Shown: positions 17,106 through 26,665 of the stretch, piece after piece
Position numbering within the stretch: position 1 is the stretch's first letter
Layout of the letters: each line of letters opens with the position of its first letter
DNA from: Candidatus Omnitrophota bacterium
GTDB lineage: Bacteria > Omnitrophota > Gorgyraeia > Gygaellales > Profunditerraquicolaceae
NCBI GenBank assembly: GCA_028712375.1
Contig: JAQTQG010000003.1
Coordinates: 14,619-78,618 of the forward strand
DNA: 64,000 nucleotides
Reading direction: 5' to 3'
Made by a program: the position numbers and the translations under genes
Notes under the pieces: model-generated
Databases searched by the model: none
The model's input: the letters and a program-made list of their open reading frames with translations, nothing else
Told to the model about the DNA's origin: nothing

Positions 17106-17528
17106 TCACACCTCTTCGTTAATATACTGCTCAACCTTAACCCTTACCTTTTCTTTTAATACCTGAAACTCTTCTGAGAACTCGCCATTATCACTAAAAT
17201 CTCTGTCTTTCCATAAATTGTCATACGCCTGGCAGAGAAAATATTGGTATTCTTTATTTTGCGGGGACATCTCAATAGCCTTAAGGATAATTTCAGTGCC
17301 TGTCCTTAAAGAAGTAACCCAGAAAGTTGTAAGCAGAATATATGATTGTTCGTAAAGAAGCTCTGCTCTCTGTTCTTTTGAGAGGCCGTAATTCTGCAAT
17401 AATTTATAGACCCTATCAAGCCTCTCAGATTTTTGTGTATCTCCATCAGGTTCTTGAGCAAAGAGATTAACTAAAAATAATAACGACATCGAAACTATTA
17501 AAATAACTATTATCTGTTTTGTATTCAT
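17106..17528 (-). CDS. Small secreted helical protein
   Basis: GGAGGTG SD upstream of ATG 17528. Signal-like MNTKQIIVILIVSMSLLFLVNLFAQ. No enzymatic motif. Confidence 0.5.
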   Translation of the reverse strand: MNTKQIIVILIVSMSLLFLVNLFAQEPDGDTQKSERLDRVYKLLQNYGLSKEQRAELLYEQSYILLTTFWVTSLRTGTEIILKAIEMSPQNKEYQYFLCQAYDNLWKDRDFSDNGEFSEEFQVLKEKVRVKVEQYINEEV

Positions 17529-17576
17529 TTTCACCTCCAATATCTTTTTTCCTATATATGGCCTGACCCTGGCTTC

Positions 17577-18971
17577 CTATGAATTAGCAAAAAAACCTAT
17601 CTTGGTTTTATTGTCCTTAACAAAGATTCCGTCCTGTTCTAGACTCGCTCCAAACAAAAGGTCATTCATTGTAATAATATTCCTTTTCTCTTGAACCAGC
17701 CGTCGCAGGGCGTGGAAGACAGCATTCTTGATGTAGCCACCACTAAACTGAAATTGTCTGGCCAGAACAGCAAAATCAACACCTTGGGCAAGAGTTACCT
17801 TGCTTGGAATATGCGATCGCCAAATTTCTTTGCGTATCTTCTCATCAGGCAAATCAAATTTAACCTTTAAAGTAACTCTGCGTTCAAGTGCAGGATCAAG
17901 CAAATTATCCATGTTCGAAGTTAAGATTACCACTCCTTCAAACCGTTCAATTTCCTGTAGCATAATATTAACAAACCTAATATCGTGTTCTTGGGCTGCG
18001 AAGTTGCGGTTATATAAAATAGAATCCGCCTCGTCAATACAGATAACAACATTATTTTGCTTTGCTGACTTAAAAATAGAAGATATTTGTTTATCGGTTT
18101 CACCAAACCAACGTGAATTTATTTTGGGAAATTCAACAACAAGCAACTTCTTCTTAAGATGTTTTGCTATTGCCTCAGATAACATCGATTTTCCCGTGCC
18201 GGGCGGACCGTAAAAGAGGAAAACCAATCCTTTGCCATTTTTAATTGTTTCTTCTACACCAAGATCTTCAAGTCCTTTATCCTGCAACCCGGATAATAAG
18301 AAACTGACGTTTTTCTTCACATCGAGAGATAGCTTAACATCTTCAAGAGAATATGCCGGATCCTTTAAAAAACCAACCTCTTCGCAAGGGTGTAAATCTT
18401 TTTTATTTTCTGCCCTTCCAGGTCTAGATTCTTTATACTCCCCACTTATCATCCTAGAAAAAACGTCCAACAAAGACGAACTCATCCCGAAACTGACTAC
18501 GGCCGAGTTGTGGTTGTTTCGATAATATGGGTACAAAATAGAATATTTTAAAAGATTGGCATTTCGGTTAAAATAACGAGACAACCCCATTCTCCCGATT
18601 ACAGAATCATTTAAGTCAAAGATCCTAAGGAGCAGATCCCTTGAACAGATATTCTCTTTTAGGTGCAAGAACTCCAAATAAAGGTAATATAGGAGTATTT
18701 GCTTTTCAAAGATATCCAAACCGTATAGCGAGGCAGTTTTTTCTAACGCAAACTTACTGCCCTTAGACATGGAATCCTGTACCCTTTGCCAAAACAAAAC
18801 TTCTTTTGTCTTTATTGTTGAGTCCAATTCTGATACATTCTTGCGGAATGCCTCTACATCATCCTTAGATTTCTTAATAAGAATAATTCTTTTGTTTTGG
18901 TAAAGTTCGCAGATCTTGAAATATTCTTCGATGTATTCTTGGTCACCTGAAAGAAAATTATTTTCCGGCAT
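17577..18971 (-). CDS. Classical-clade AAA+ ATPase with an uncharacterised N-terminal domain
   Basis: FLFYGPPGTGKSMLSEAIA (Walker A), VICIDEADS (Walker B), LTSNMDNLLDPALERRV (second region of homology). AAGGAG SD upstream of ATG 18971; the track ORF is over-extended to 19037. Confidence 0.9.
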   Translation of the reverse strand: MPENNFLSGDQEYIEEYFKICELYQNKRIILIKKSKDDVEAFRKNVSELDSTIKTKEVLFWQRVQDSMSKGSKFALEKTASLYGLDIFEKQILLYYLYLEFLHLKENICSRDLLLRIFDLNDSVIGRMGLSRYFNRNANLLKYSILYPYYRNNHNSAVVSFGMSSSLLDVFSRMISGEYKESRPGRAENKKDLHPCEEVGFLKDPAYSLEDVKLSLDVKKNVSFLLSGLQDKGLEDLGVEETIKNGKGLVFLFYGPPGTGKSMLSEAIAKHLKKKLLVVEFPKINSRWFGETDKQISSIFKSAKQNNVVICIDEADSILYNRNFAAQEHDIRFVNIMLQEIERFEGVVILTSNMDNLLDPALERRVTLKVKFDLPDEKIRKEIWRSHIPSKVTLAQGVDFAVLARQFQFSGGYIKNAVFHALRRLVQEKRNIITMNDLLFGASLEQDGIFVKDNKTKIGFFANS

Positions 18972-19617
18972 TACCTTTTCTCCTTTCTTTCTGCACAAAC
19001 TTATCAAAATCCTCAACTGTCTTTTTGAGCCTTTCATTCATCTGATCATTCATTAACTTTGTTAAGGCTATCGCTTTTTCATATTTCTTGCCATACCAAA
19101 TAAGTTTCTTCGTAGGTTTACCTTTGTAACACCACCGCTTAAAACTCGCCGCTTGCTTTATCAGTTCAGGCACATTGATTACGCCAAATTTCTTATAAAT
19201 ACCGCTTAATCTAGAACTCTCATAAGCAAGATCAAAACAGTTTCGACATCCAAAATAATTGCCGACCCTGTAAAGTACCCCTACCCGCCTATCACAGCCT
19301 AAGATTGACAAAGGACACTTAAACCAATATCTGACACCGCCGTAATTACAAGAAGTTGCGACTAAATCGACCCTGTATTCGAAATTCTGATATTCTCCAT
19401 TAGGCTGAAGAATAGAGTAATAGAAATCTAAGAATGGATCATTCTTGTTTATAAACGATACTACAATATGGATACCGTTTTTAAAGACTTCCCCATTATA
19501 AGGAATATCAATAATCCCAAAATCACTGGCTTCTAAAAAATCATTAAGTTTTAGTGATAATATTGGAATCTTGTAAAGGTTATCTGCCACCAACTTGGGG
19601 CTTTTATCTCTGTCCAT
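18958..19617 (-). CDS. Zn-ribbon protein, function unknown, overlapping the AAA+ gene by 14 nt
   Basis: GAGGTG SD upstream of ATG 19617. CNYGGVRYWFKCP...CDRRVGVLY...FGCRNCFDLAYESSR is a 4-5 Cys cluster. Confidence 0.55.
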   Translation of the reverse strand: MDRDKSPKLVADNLYKIPILSLKLNDFLEASDFGIIDIPYNGEVFKNGIHIVVSFINKNDPFLDFYYSILQPNGEYQNFEYRVDLVATSCNYGGVRYWFKCPLSILGCDRRVGVLYRVGNYFGCRNCFDLAYESSRLSGIYKKFGVINVPELIKQAASFKRWCYKGKPTKKLIWYGKKYEKAIALTKLMNDQMNERLKKTVEDFDKFVQKERRKGNAGK

Positions 19618-19738
19618 TGTAAAACACCTCAAAAAAATGCCGAAATGAATAAGAATTCTTTGATTTCAATCTTAAATTGGTTGACCAATTTTGCCTTTTA
19701 TATAAACCAAAAATAACACGCAGAAATAATCAACTTTA

Positions 19739-20098
19739 TTACCATTCAATAATAATCTTCTTATCTAACATCTGCACTTTTCCGATAGCCTCCATTTTGA
19801 TTAGGCGTTTTCCCTTGTTTTCTGACACCTGGTTGAGTGATCTATCTTTTGACATAGCAAAACACCTTTTTGACTCATTCCCCTCGGAAAATCGTGTTGA
19901 GTTGGTCAAAACGCCTTCCAGAATTGACCTGACATATACTCTGCTAGGACCAATTCCTTTTCTAGCAGGATTGTGCCCCATTCTGAATGGGAACAAATAA
20001 CAACCCGTCGTGTTATCACAGAAGCGAACATCTTTAGGCCTACCTGCACAAATAAGACAGTGTTTTCGGATGGCTTGTAACGGCGTAAGGTGTTTCAT
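19739..20098 (-). CDS. Small Cys-rich protein (LQAIRKHCLICAG...RFCDNTTGCYLFPFR)
   Basis: AGGGGG SD. Cys cluster near the N-terminus. Preferred over the antisense ORF 19677-20000, which has no SD or motif. Confidence 0.5.
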   Translation of the reverse strand: MKHLTPLQAIRKHCLICAGRPKDVRFCDNTTGCYLFPFRMGHNPARKGIGPSRVYVRSILEGVLTNSTRFSEGNESKRCFAMSKDRSLNQVSENKGKRLIKMEAIGKVQMLDKKIIIEW

Positions 20099-20299
20099 TT
20101 ATAACCCCCTTTCGTGCCCACTCTTCTGGCCTACGACCGGAATCAACTTTACTGAGAGTAGTTCAAATTCACTTAAGTTGTCTCCTCTGTCGTTTTTCAA
20201 TATTACTTTGGCTGTTGAGGAACTCCGCCGAAGGCGGATAAATGTATAACTACTCTTTTGTACAATACTCTTCTGTAAAGTATTCTATTGTGTCCCCCT

Positions 20300-20390
20300 A
20301 CTTAGGGGGTAGCGAATAACCTATATAGGAGACAGTAAATAACCCACTTAGGGGGTAGCAATAACCCATATAGGGGTAGCAAATAGTATA
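20300..20390. repeat. Iteron-like direct repeats (putative origin)
   Basis: ACTTAGGGGGTAGCGAATAACCTATATAGG (20300-20329) and ACTTAGGGGGTAGCAATAACCCATATAGG (20346-20374), plus a third GGGGTAGC core at 20373-20380. They lie directly 3' of the Rep-like gene. Confidence 0.6.
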
Positions 20391-20402
20391 ACTAAATCCA
20401 TA

Positions 20403-20831
20403 TTAACTTGGCTTCACCCATATCATCCTGCCCTCTATGTACGGGTAATCTTTGCCGTTCTTCACTTCAGATCCCTCCTTAATATCTATACGAATCTTCC
20501 AGCTTTTCCGCTTGCCTTTGGTTACTGTTATCACCCACTTTCCAGCGTCCTGCTCAATCCCAATTTTTCTTCCATCCCGGGTTATCATTTTTTTCTCCAA
20601 TAGCTTTTTCTTTGTTCTAGGTACGTGAGATAATGGTATACCAGTGCTATTTTCGATTTGGCTGTTGGAAATCCAGTCCAAATCCTTTTGGTACCCTAAG
20701 GTCTTCATAACAATAAACCACCACAAGGCGTGCTCGTACGGACTAAGGTAACGAGCAATCCAAACATAACCCATTCTCAACAAACGCCAAGGCAGTTTTA
20801 TGAAACGTACATTATCTTTTAGATCTGCCAT
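20403..20831 (-). CDS. Replication protein O (N-terminal wHTH)-like initiator
   Basis: ...LSPYEHALWWFIVMKTLGYQKDLDWISNSQIENSTGIPLSHVPRTKKKLLEKKMI... follows the Phage_rep_O N-terminal pattern. AAGGAG SD. Confidence 0.65.
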   Translation of the reverse strand: MADLKDNVRFIKLPWRLLRMGYVWIARYLSPYEHALWWFIVMKTLGYQKDLDWISNSQIENSTGIPLSHVPRTKKKLLEKKMITRDGRKIGIEQDAGKWVITVTKGKRKSWKIRIDIKEGSEVKNGKDYPYIEGRMIWVKPS

Positions 20832-20954
20832 TTATTCAGCTCCTTTCCTGGTCATTTCCCCAAGGGAAAATACCACTTTTCTTTCTTTTTTATTGGTAAT
20901 TTTTAATTGCTATAACTTTAAGATAATTAAAGAGATGAGATATATCCTTGCGGA

Positions 20955-22298
20955 ATGCACTCTGATATCAAAAAAGAGGGCGCTTGTTTTGATTTAGCCA
21001 TTGCCCTGGGCATTCTGGCGGCAACCGGGCAGATCGGCAAAGAGCGCCTTCAAAACTACTCTTTTCTGGGAGAATTATCCCTAGACGGCCAATTGCGGCC
21101 GGTGCATGGCGTTCTGGCGATAAGTTTAACTATCTCTAAATTCCCGGTTAAGAGCCTTGTTCTTCCCGAAAAGAACGCTCAGGAAGCAGCGGTTATACAA
21201 GAAATTTCTGCCTGGCCGCTCAAAAACTTAAAAGAAGTGGTGCAATTTTTAGCTGATCCCGGAAGCCGAAGCCCATTTAAATTAGATATTAACCACGTTT
21301 TTAAAGGCGGTGGGAATTATACTTTGGATTTCTCCGAAGTTAAAGGCCAATATTTTGCAAAAAGAGCGCTGGAAGTGGCGGTATCCGGGGGGCACAATAT
21401 TATTATGCTCGGTCCGCCCGGCAGCGGGAAAACTATGTTAGCTAAAAGGATTCCCACTATTATGCCTAACCTTTCCTTAGAAGAAGCTCTGGAAATCACC
21501 AAAATCCATTCCGTAGCCGGGACGCTATTAAATGATAATTTTATCAGAACCCGGCCCTTTCGCTGCCCGCATCACAGTATTTCAGATACCGCCTTAATCG
21601 GAGGAGGCAGCGTGCCTAAACCCGGAGAGATCAGCCTGTCTCATTACGGCGTGCTCTTTCTGGATGAACTCCCGGAATTTAACCGCAAGGCCCTGGAAGC
21701 ATTAAGACAGCCGCTGGAAGACAACCTGATTTGTATCAGCCGCGTAAAAAGAACCCTGGTATTCCCGGCTTGTTTTATTTTAGCCGCCGCGCTTAACCCT
21801 TGTCCGTGCGGCAATTATTTTAACCCGCACAAACCATGCCATTGCAACCCGACAAAAATCAAAAATTACCTGGGGAAAATTTCCGGGCCGCTGCTGGATA
21901 GAATCGACCTGCACATTGAAGTCCCGCAGGTAAAACACCGGGAATTATCAGACGCGCGGGAAGCAGAATCATCGGCAGCCATCCGGCAACGCGTAGAAAA
22001 CGCCCGCGCAATTCAACAAAAAAGATTCTCCGCCATAGGCAAATCCGGCTCCACAAGCATATTTTGTAACGCCCAAATGACCAATAGGCTCATTAAAGAA
22101 TATTGTGTTTTAGATGCCGAGGCTAGTAACTTATTAAATATGGCAATAACCGAATTGGCCCTATCGGCAAGGGCTTATGATAAAATACTTAAGGTGAGCC
22201 GGACGATTAGTGACCTGGCAGGCAGCCAAAACATTAAATCCGAACATGTTGCCGAGGCAATTCAATACCGCTCTTTAGACCGGCAGCTCTCCGGATAA
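20955..22298 (+). pseudogene. comM: comM 3' fragment (rest of the N-terminal domain, AAA+ module and C-terminal domain)
   Basis: SDIKKEGACFDLAIALGILAATGQ..., GPPGSGKTMLAKRI (Walker A), VLFLDELPEF (Walker B), CPCG...C.C Zn motif, and a C-terminal Mg-chelatase-like domain. The ATG at 20955 is supplied by island DNA. Confidence 0.9.
20964..20977. repeat. attR core: GATATCAAAAAAGA
   Basis: Direct repeat of 1723-1736 (13/14), in the comM frame. Confidence 0.7.
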
Positions 22299-22506
22299 AA
22301 AACTTTTTAATTATTGCAACCTCCTGGCACGCGCCCCCGAAAGGGTGTAGCCCCAAAATCGGGCAGACGGATAAGCTGTAGTAATATATCCGATTTTTAT
22401 TGATCCGGAAAAAACAAAAACACATACTACTTTAATAAAATGGCAGCTGGCTTAAACAATAAATACTTAATTACCCGTTAGCCATTTAAATCATTTTTTA
22501 ATTTAT

Positions 22507-24762
22507 TTATTTCCTATAAGGCTTAAGTAGCTCCAGTAGTTTCGGGCTAATAGCATAACCTAATTGGCCGGCCTTATCGCAATGCTGGATTGCCAGGTTG
22601 TATTCTCCGGCATAATAGTAAGCCAGGGCAAGATTATGATGCGCAACGGCGAGAGTTGAATCAAGCTCCAGGGCTTTATTAAACCAGGCTACCGCCTCTT
22701 TGTTCCTGCCGAGAGTTAAGTATGCGTTACCTAAACCCACGCATGATTCCTTGGAGCCTGGATTAAGTTCCACGGCTTTCCTGTAGCAGGCAAGCGCGTC
22801 TTTATCTTTTTGAATGCGCGCAGACAAATTGCCGCAATAATAGTAAGCATCAAAAAAATCCAAGTTATTGGTTACGGCTTTTTTATACAACAACTCTAAT
22901 TTTTCCTGCTGGCCTAACGATTTGTAAAGTCCGGCAAGTTTAATGTAGGCCGGCAGATAAGCCGGATCTATATCTATCGCTTGGGACAACTCCGCCTTAG
23001 CCTCTTCTTTACGGTTAAGATTAACATATAAGGCACCCAGATAGTCGCGGGCATATAAAAACCGCGGAGCAAGCTCCGTTGTTTTAATATACAGCTTTAA
23101 TGCTTCATCCTTATCTCCGAGCAAATCTTTTATATTGGCAAGGTTAAAATATGCCCCTGCCTCTATCGCCATCCGGTTAGCTTCCACTACTTTTCTTCTA
23201 TCGCGCAGCAAATATTTTAAATTAGCGAATTTAAAATATGACCCTTCTTCTACAGCCGGACCACTAGCCGCTATCTTTTTTTCTTCAGTAGACAAACTAT
23301 TAAAATGAACGGAATCAAGATATTCCTCGGAATCTTTTATCAGGCGCTCAAATACCGCAATCGCCTCCGGGTTCCTGCCGAGAGCTTTTAAAGCATTGCC
23401 CAAGTTAAGATAATAATACTTCAACATCGGATCATCCGGAGACTTGGGCCTGGCGTTTATGGCAAACATGAAATCGGAAAGCGCCTGATGGTATTGCCCT
23501 TGCTTTAAGAAAAATTCACCGCGGTTACTGAAGGCAGCGGCAGTATCAGGATATTTCTTTAAAATATCATTCCACAGGCTTAATCCATTCTGCCAAACAG
23601 AGCATCTTTTCCAAGTAGCACATCCCAGGAAAATAATGATTGCCGCCAACATTATCGTTAAAAAAGTTTTAAGTAAATAACCATACTTTATTTTTCTTGC
23701 GTATAGCCACATGCAGCTTTGCGCAAACAGATAAAATATCCCGATCGCCGGCAAATAAACATACCGGTCGGCCGGCAATATTTTATCCAACGGCAAAGAG
23801 CGCAGCGCCGGAAAAATAACCAAGAGGAAGAATCCACTCCCTAAAATTATCTTTTTTGTATACCGGATTGAGATAACTGCCGCAATGGCCAAAATAAGCA
23901 CCAGCACAAAAGCATATAAATAAAACGGGTTATTTTTGACTTCAAAATACGGGTATAAAGCAGAAAGATTGAGCGGCGCGATTAACTTGCTAAGGTAAAA
24001 AACAATATCTCCTGATGCTCCGGCTAATTTAGTAAACAACCCGTATGAACCTTGAATGTAAAAAGCCTGGGATGAGGATGAAGCTAAAAGGGCAAGCAGG
24101 CCAAAAAGCACAGACAAAAGAAAATAAGGAATTTTTTCAAGAAAAACGGCCCAGCTTAGCTTTCTGGAATAAAAATAATCCAACAGTAATAAAACCAGCG
24201 GCAAAGTAATCGCCATGGACTTGGACAAAAGCGCCAGAATAAATAAACCCAGGCATAAGAAGTAACATTTTTTAGCCTGTTCTTTTTTCAAATAGTAAAG
24301 ATAGGCAACCAGGGATCCCAGGAAGAAAAATGCGCACAATACATTTTTTCTTTCACTAATCCAAGCGACCGATTCTACCTGCATCGGATGGATGCCAAAA
24401 AGAATAGCGGTGATCCAGGCAATAGCAATATTGCCGCTGATGATATAAATCAGCCAGAATACCCACAAACAATTTAATAAATGCAGAATCAAGTTGGTTA
24501 AATGGTAATTAAACGGGTTGAGCTTAAAAAAATGATACTCCAGTAGATAAGAATAGATGGTTACCGGCTGGTAATGCGCGATGAAGAAGGAAGTAGAAAT
24601 CTCTTTAATGTTCTCCAAAGAAACAGAACGAATGGCTTTATTTTCGGTGACATATAAATTATCGTCCCAATTGGTAAAATCATTTTTCAAGGAGGGATAG
24701 AAAGAGGCCAGAGTAATGGCCAGAATTAAAAAAACGGGGATGAGTATTTTATTTTTTTTCAC
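22507..24762 (-). CDS. GT-C-like (TMTC/PMT-like) polytopic membrane protein with a C-terminal TPR array
   Basis: 751 aa. FTNWDDNLYVTEN motif, about 10 or more hydrophobic helices, then multiple 34-aa TPR-like repeats. Confidence 0.7.
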   Translation of the reverse strand: MKKNKILIPVFLILAITLASFYPSLKNDFTNWDDNLYVTENKAIRSVSLENIKEISTSFFIAHYQPVTIYSYLLEYHFFKLNPFNYHLTNLILHLLNCLWVFWLIYIISGNIAIAWITAILFGIHPMQVESVAWISERKNVLCAFFFLGSLVAYLYYLKKEQAKKCYFLCLGLFILALLSKSMAITLPLVLLLLDYFYSRKLSWAVFLEKIPYFLLSVLFGLLALLASSSSQAFYIQGSYGLFTKLAGASGDIVFYLSKLIAPLNLSALYPYFEVKNNPFYLYAFVLVLILAIAAVISIRYTKKIILGSGFFLLVIFPALRSLPLDKILPADRYVYLPAIGIFYLFAQSCMWLYARKIKYGYLLKTFLTIMLAAIIIFLGCATWKRCSVWQNGLSLWNDILKKYPDTAAAFSNRGEFFLKQGQYHQALSDFMFAINARPKSPDDPMLKYYYLNLGNALKALGRNPEAIAVFERLIKDSEEYLDSVHFNSLSTEEKKIAASGPAVEEGSYFKFANLKYLLRDRRKVVEANRMAIEAGAYFNLANIKDLLGDKDEALKLYIKTTELAPRFLYARDYLGALYVNLNRKEEAKAELSQAIDIDPAYLPAYIKLAGLYKSLGQQEKLELLYKKAVTNNLDFFDAYYYCGNLSARIQKDKDALACYRKAVELNPGSKESCVGLGNAYLTLGRNKEAVAWFNKALELDSTLAVAHHNLALAYYYAGEYNLAIQHCDKAGQLGYAISPKLLELLKPYRK

Positions 24763-24854
24763 GGTTGAAATTTTGCCATGCGGAATAACTATAATCTTTC
24801 CCTGCGCTATATTAAAATAAACCGGGCCTTAAAATCACCCGATGGGCTACGGAA

Positions 24855-25841
24855 TTAACGCGTGATTACTTCAATTACGGAGGTAGTGCTAGAGACAGAG
24901 CCTGCCTGGTCGCTGACGGTAAGAGTAACTGTAAAATTACGCGGCCCAAAAGTAGTGCTCCAGTAGGTATTTTCAGGATTTTTCTGGGTAGAAGTGTCTC
25001 CATCGCCGAAATCCCAAGCATAAGAAACAATCTTGCCTGCCCGGGAGTAAGACTTTTGCGCGGAGAATGCTACTTTAAGCGGAGAATAACCTCTAGCGGG
25101 CTTAGCAATAATCACCGCCACTGGCGGCTCTGGTGCCGGTTTGGCTGCGGGAACTTCTTCGGCCGCCGGATGTTTAATGGCTACAGGCTCGGAAACAGGC
25201 ATAACAGGTTCTGCAACAGGTGCAACTACGGGTTCTGCTTTGGCTGCCGCCGGCGGCACCACTGGCGCGCTCTGGGCAACCGGCTTCACAGCAACCACAG
25301 GTTCCATTACCTTGGGCAGCTCTTCCTTTGGTTCAGGTTTAGTCTCCACTATAGCCGGAACCCCGGTTTCTTGTGCTAGATCTTCAGCAACATAAACATC
25401 AAGCTCTTTCTTAAGCTTAGCTATGCGCGCTGCTTCCAATGTCTCTTTCTCTTCATCCAGCCTATCCACTTTAGCTTTATACCCGGGGTTATGATTATAC
25501 TTATAATCTGCTGCTGCCCGGAACGGCCAATTTAAAACTCCTCCCAAAAATCCTACAATCATCGAGGGGGGTTCCCAAAACATCTCTTTCAGGCGTGATT
25601 CAATCTGGCCCATCTGCTTATAATAAAACTCTACTTTGGATTTACGGCGCTTAAAACGCTCCTTAGCTAAATTCAAATCCGGGAGCGACTTCTCTTTACC
25701 CACAGTATATTCAATAATCGGCTTATCATCATAATAAGCCAGATAACCTTGGGCACCTGAAGCGGTAGACTTTTGAAATTTATAAGTAGCGCAACCGGAT
25801 AAAAATAATACCAGGGATAAAAATAATAAAAAATTCCGCAA
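24855..25841 (-). CDS. Lipoprotein with a Pro/Ala/Val-rich linker and a C-terminal PKD domain
   Basis: Lipobox LSGC. A PVxxPxAxxP low-complexity stretch. YAWDFGDGDTS...FTVTLTVSD is the PKD signature. Confidence 0.7.
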   Translation of the reverse strand: MRNFLLFLSLVLFLSGCATYKFQKSTASGAQGYLAYYDDKPIIEYTVGKEKSLPDLNLAKERFKRRKSKVEFYYKQMGQIESRLKEMFWEPPSMIVGFLGGVLNWPFRAAADYKYNHNPGYKAKVDRLDEEKETLEAARIAKLKKELDVYVAEDLAQETGVPAIVETKPEPKEELPKVMEPVVAVKPVAQSAPVVPPAAAKAEPVVAPVAEPVMPVSEPVAIKHPAAEEVPAAKPAPEPPVAVIIAKPARGYSPLKVAFSAQKSYSRAGKIVSYAWDFGDGDTSTQKNPENTYWSTTFGPRNFTVTLTVSDQAGSVSSTTSVIEVITR

Positions 25842-25882
25842 AACTGTTATTCCTTTCTTTTCTATGCCGTCTCAAACAGCTA

Positions 25883-26437
25883 TCAACGCATTAATGCCAG
25901 TGCTTCGGAACGGGTCTTTTCATTCTCTTTAAAAATCCCGCGCACAGCGCTGGTTACGGTCATGGTCCCGGGTTTTCTTACCCCGCGCATTGACATACAC
26001 AAATGTTCCGCCTCAATAACCACCATTACCCCCAAAGGTTTTAGCTTATTCATCACAATTTCAGCGATTTGCGTAGTCAGCCTTTCCTGTACTTGCGGCC
26101 GGCGGGCCAAAATATCCACCACACGCGCCAGCTTGCTTAAACCGGTGACCCGGCCATTTTTGGGAATATAAGCAATATTAGCTTTACCAAAAAAAGGCAC
26201 CAAATGATGTTCGCAAACAGAATACAACGGTATCCCCCGCAATAAAATTATTTCATGGTGTTTTTGCTCTAAGATCACCTCTAATTCCTTCTCCGGGTCT
26301 TGTTTAATCCCTGAGAATATCTCCTCGCACATCTGAGCATAGCGGCGCGGAGTCTCCAAAAGGTCTTTTCTTTGAGGATCCTCACCAATTGCTTCTAAAA
26401 TCTGACGCACCGCTTTTTCAATCTTCGCTTTATTCAT
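25883..26437 (-). CDS. folE: GTP cyclohydrolase I
   Basis: 184 aa. [20 protein letters not shown] and the HLCMSMRGV motifs. Confidence 0.95.
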   Translation of the reverse strand: MNKAKIEKAVRQILEAIGEDPQRKDLLETPRRYAQMCEEIFSGIKQDPEKELEVILEQKHHEIILLRGIPLYSVCEHHLVPFFGKANIAYIPKNGRVTGLSKLARVVDILARRPQVQERLTTQIAEIVMNKLKPLGVMVVIEAEHLCMSMRGVRKPGTMTVTSAVRGIFKENEKTRSEALALMR

Positions 26438-26665
26438 TTAAAATTCCTTAATTAAACAGTAAAATTATCTAGAGTATTATCTAACGAAAAACACCTTTAC
26501 GCAATAGGTTTTTAATGAGGCCACGACTTACGGCAGCCGCAGCGAACGTAAGTCGTCGGGCCGAATCAAGCACCTATAGCTTTTATCCAACGCAGTCCTT
26601 GTGAGCATCAGCGAACAAGGATAATTCTTACATATAAAACATTGGCAAAGAAAACCTCATCCTGC

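Larger units (their letters stand above)
1723..20977. mobile_element. ~19.2-kb integrative island inserted in comM (serine-recombinase type), with a RepO-like/iteron module and defence cargo
   Basis: The comM halves flank it. It has 14-bp direct repeats at both junctions, a large serine recombinase 40 bp inside attL, and visibly AT-richer content than the flanks. Contents are recombinases, Rep, HTH regulators and nucleases. No capsid, terminase or tail genes were recognised. Confidence 0.85.

Noticed and set aside
19677-20000. 107-aa plus-strand ORF.
   Set aside because: It overlaps the minus-strand 119-aa ORF, which has a good SD and a Cys-cluster motif. The plus-strand ORF starts with a rare codon context and has no SD.
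1737-20963. The island as a prophage.
   Set aside because: No capsid, portal, terminase, tail or lysis genes are recognisable. The contents fit an integrative replicative island or satellite-like element instead.
25056-25395. Two overlapping plus-strand ORFs (107 and 84 aa).
   Set aside because: They are antisense to the Pro/Ala/Val-rich low-complexity linker of the PKD lipoprotein, a compositional artefact.
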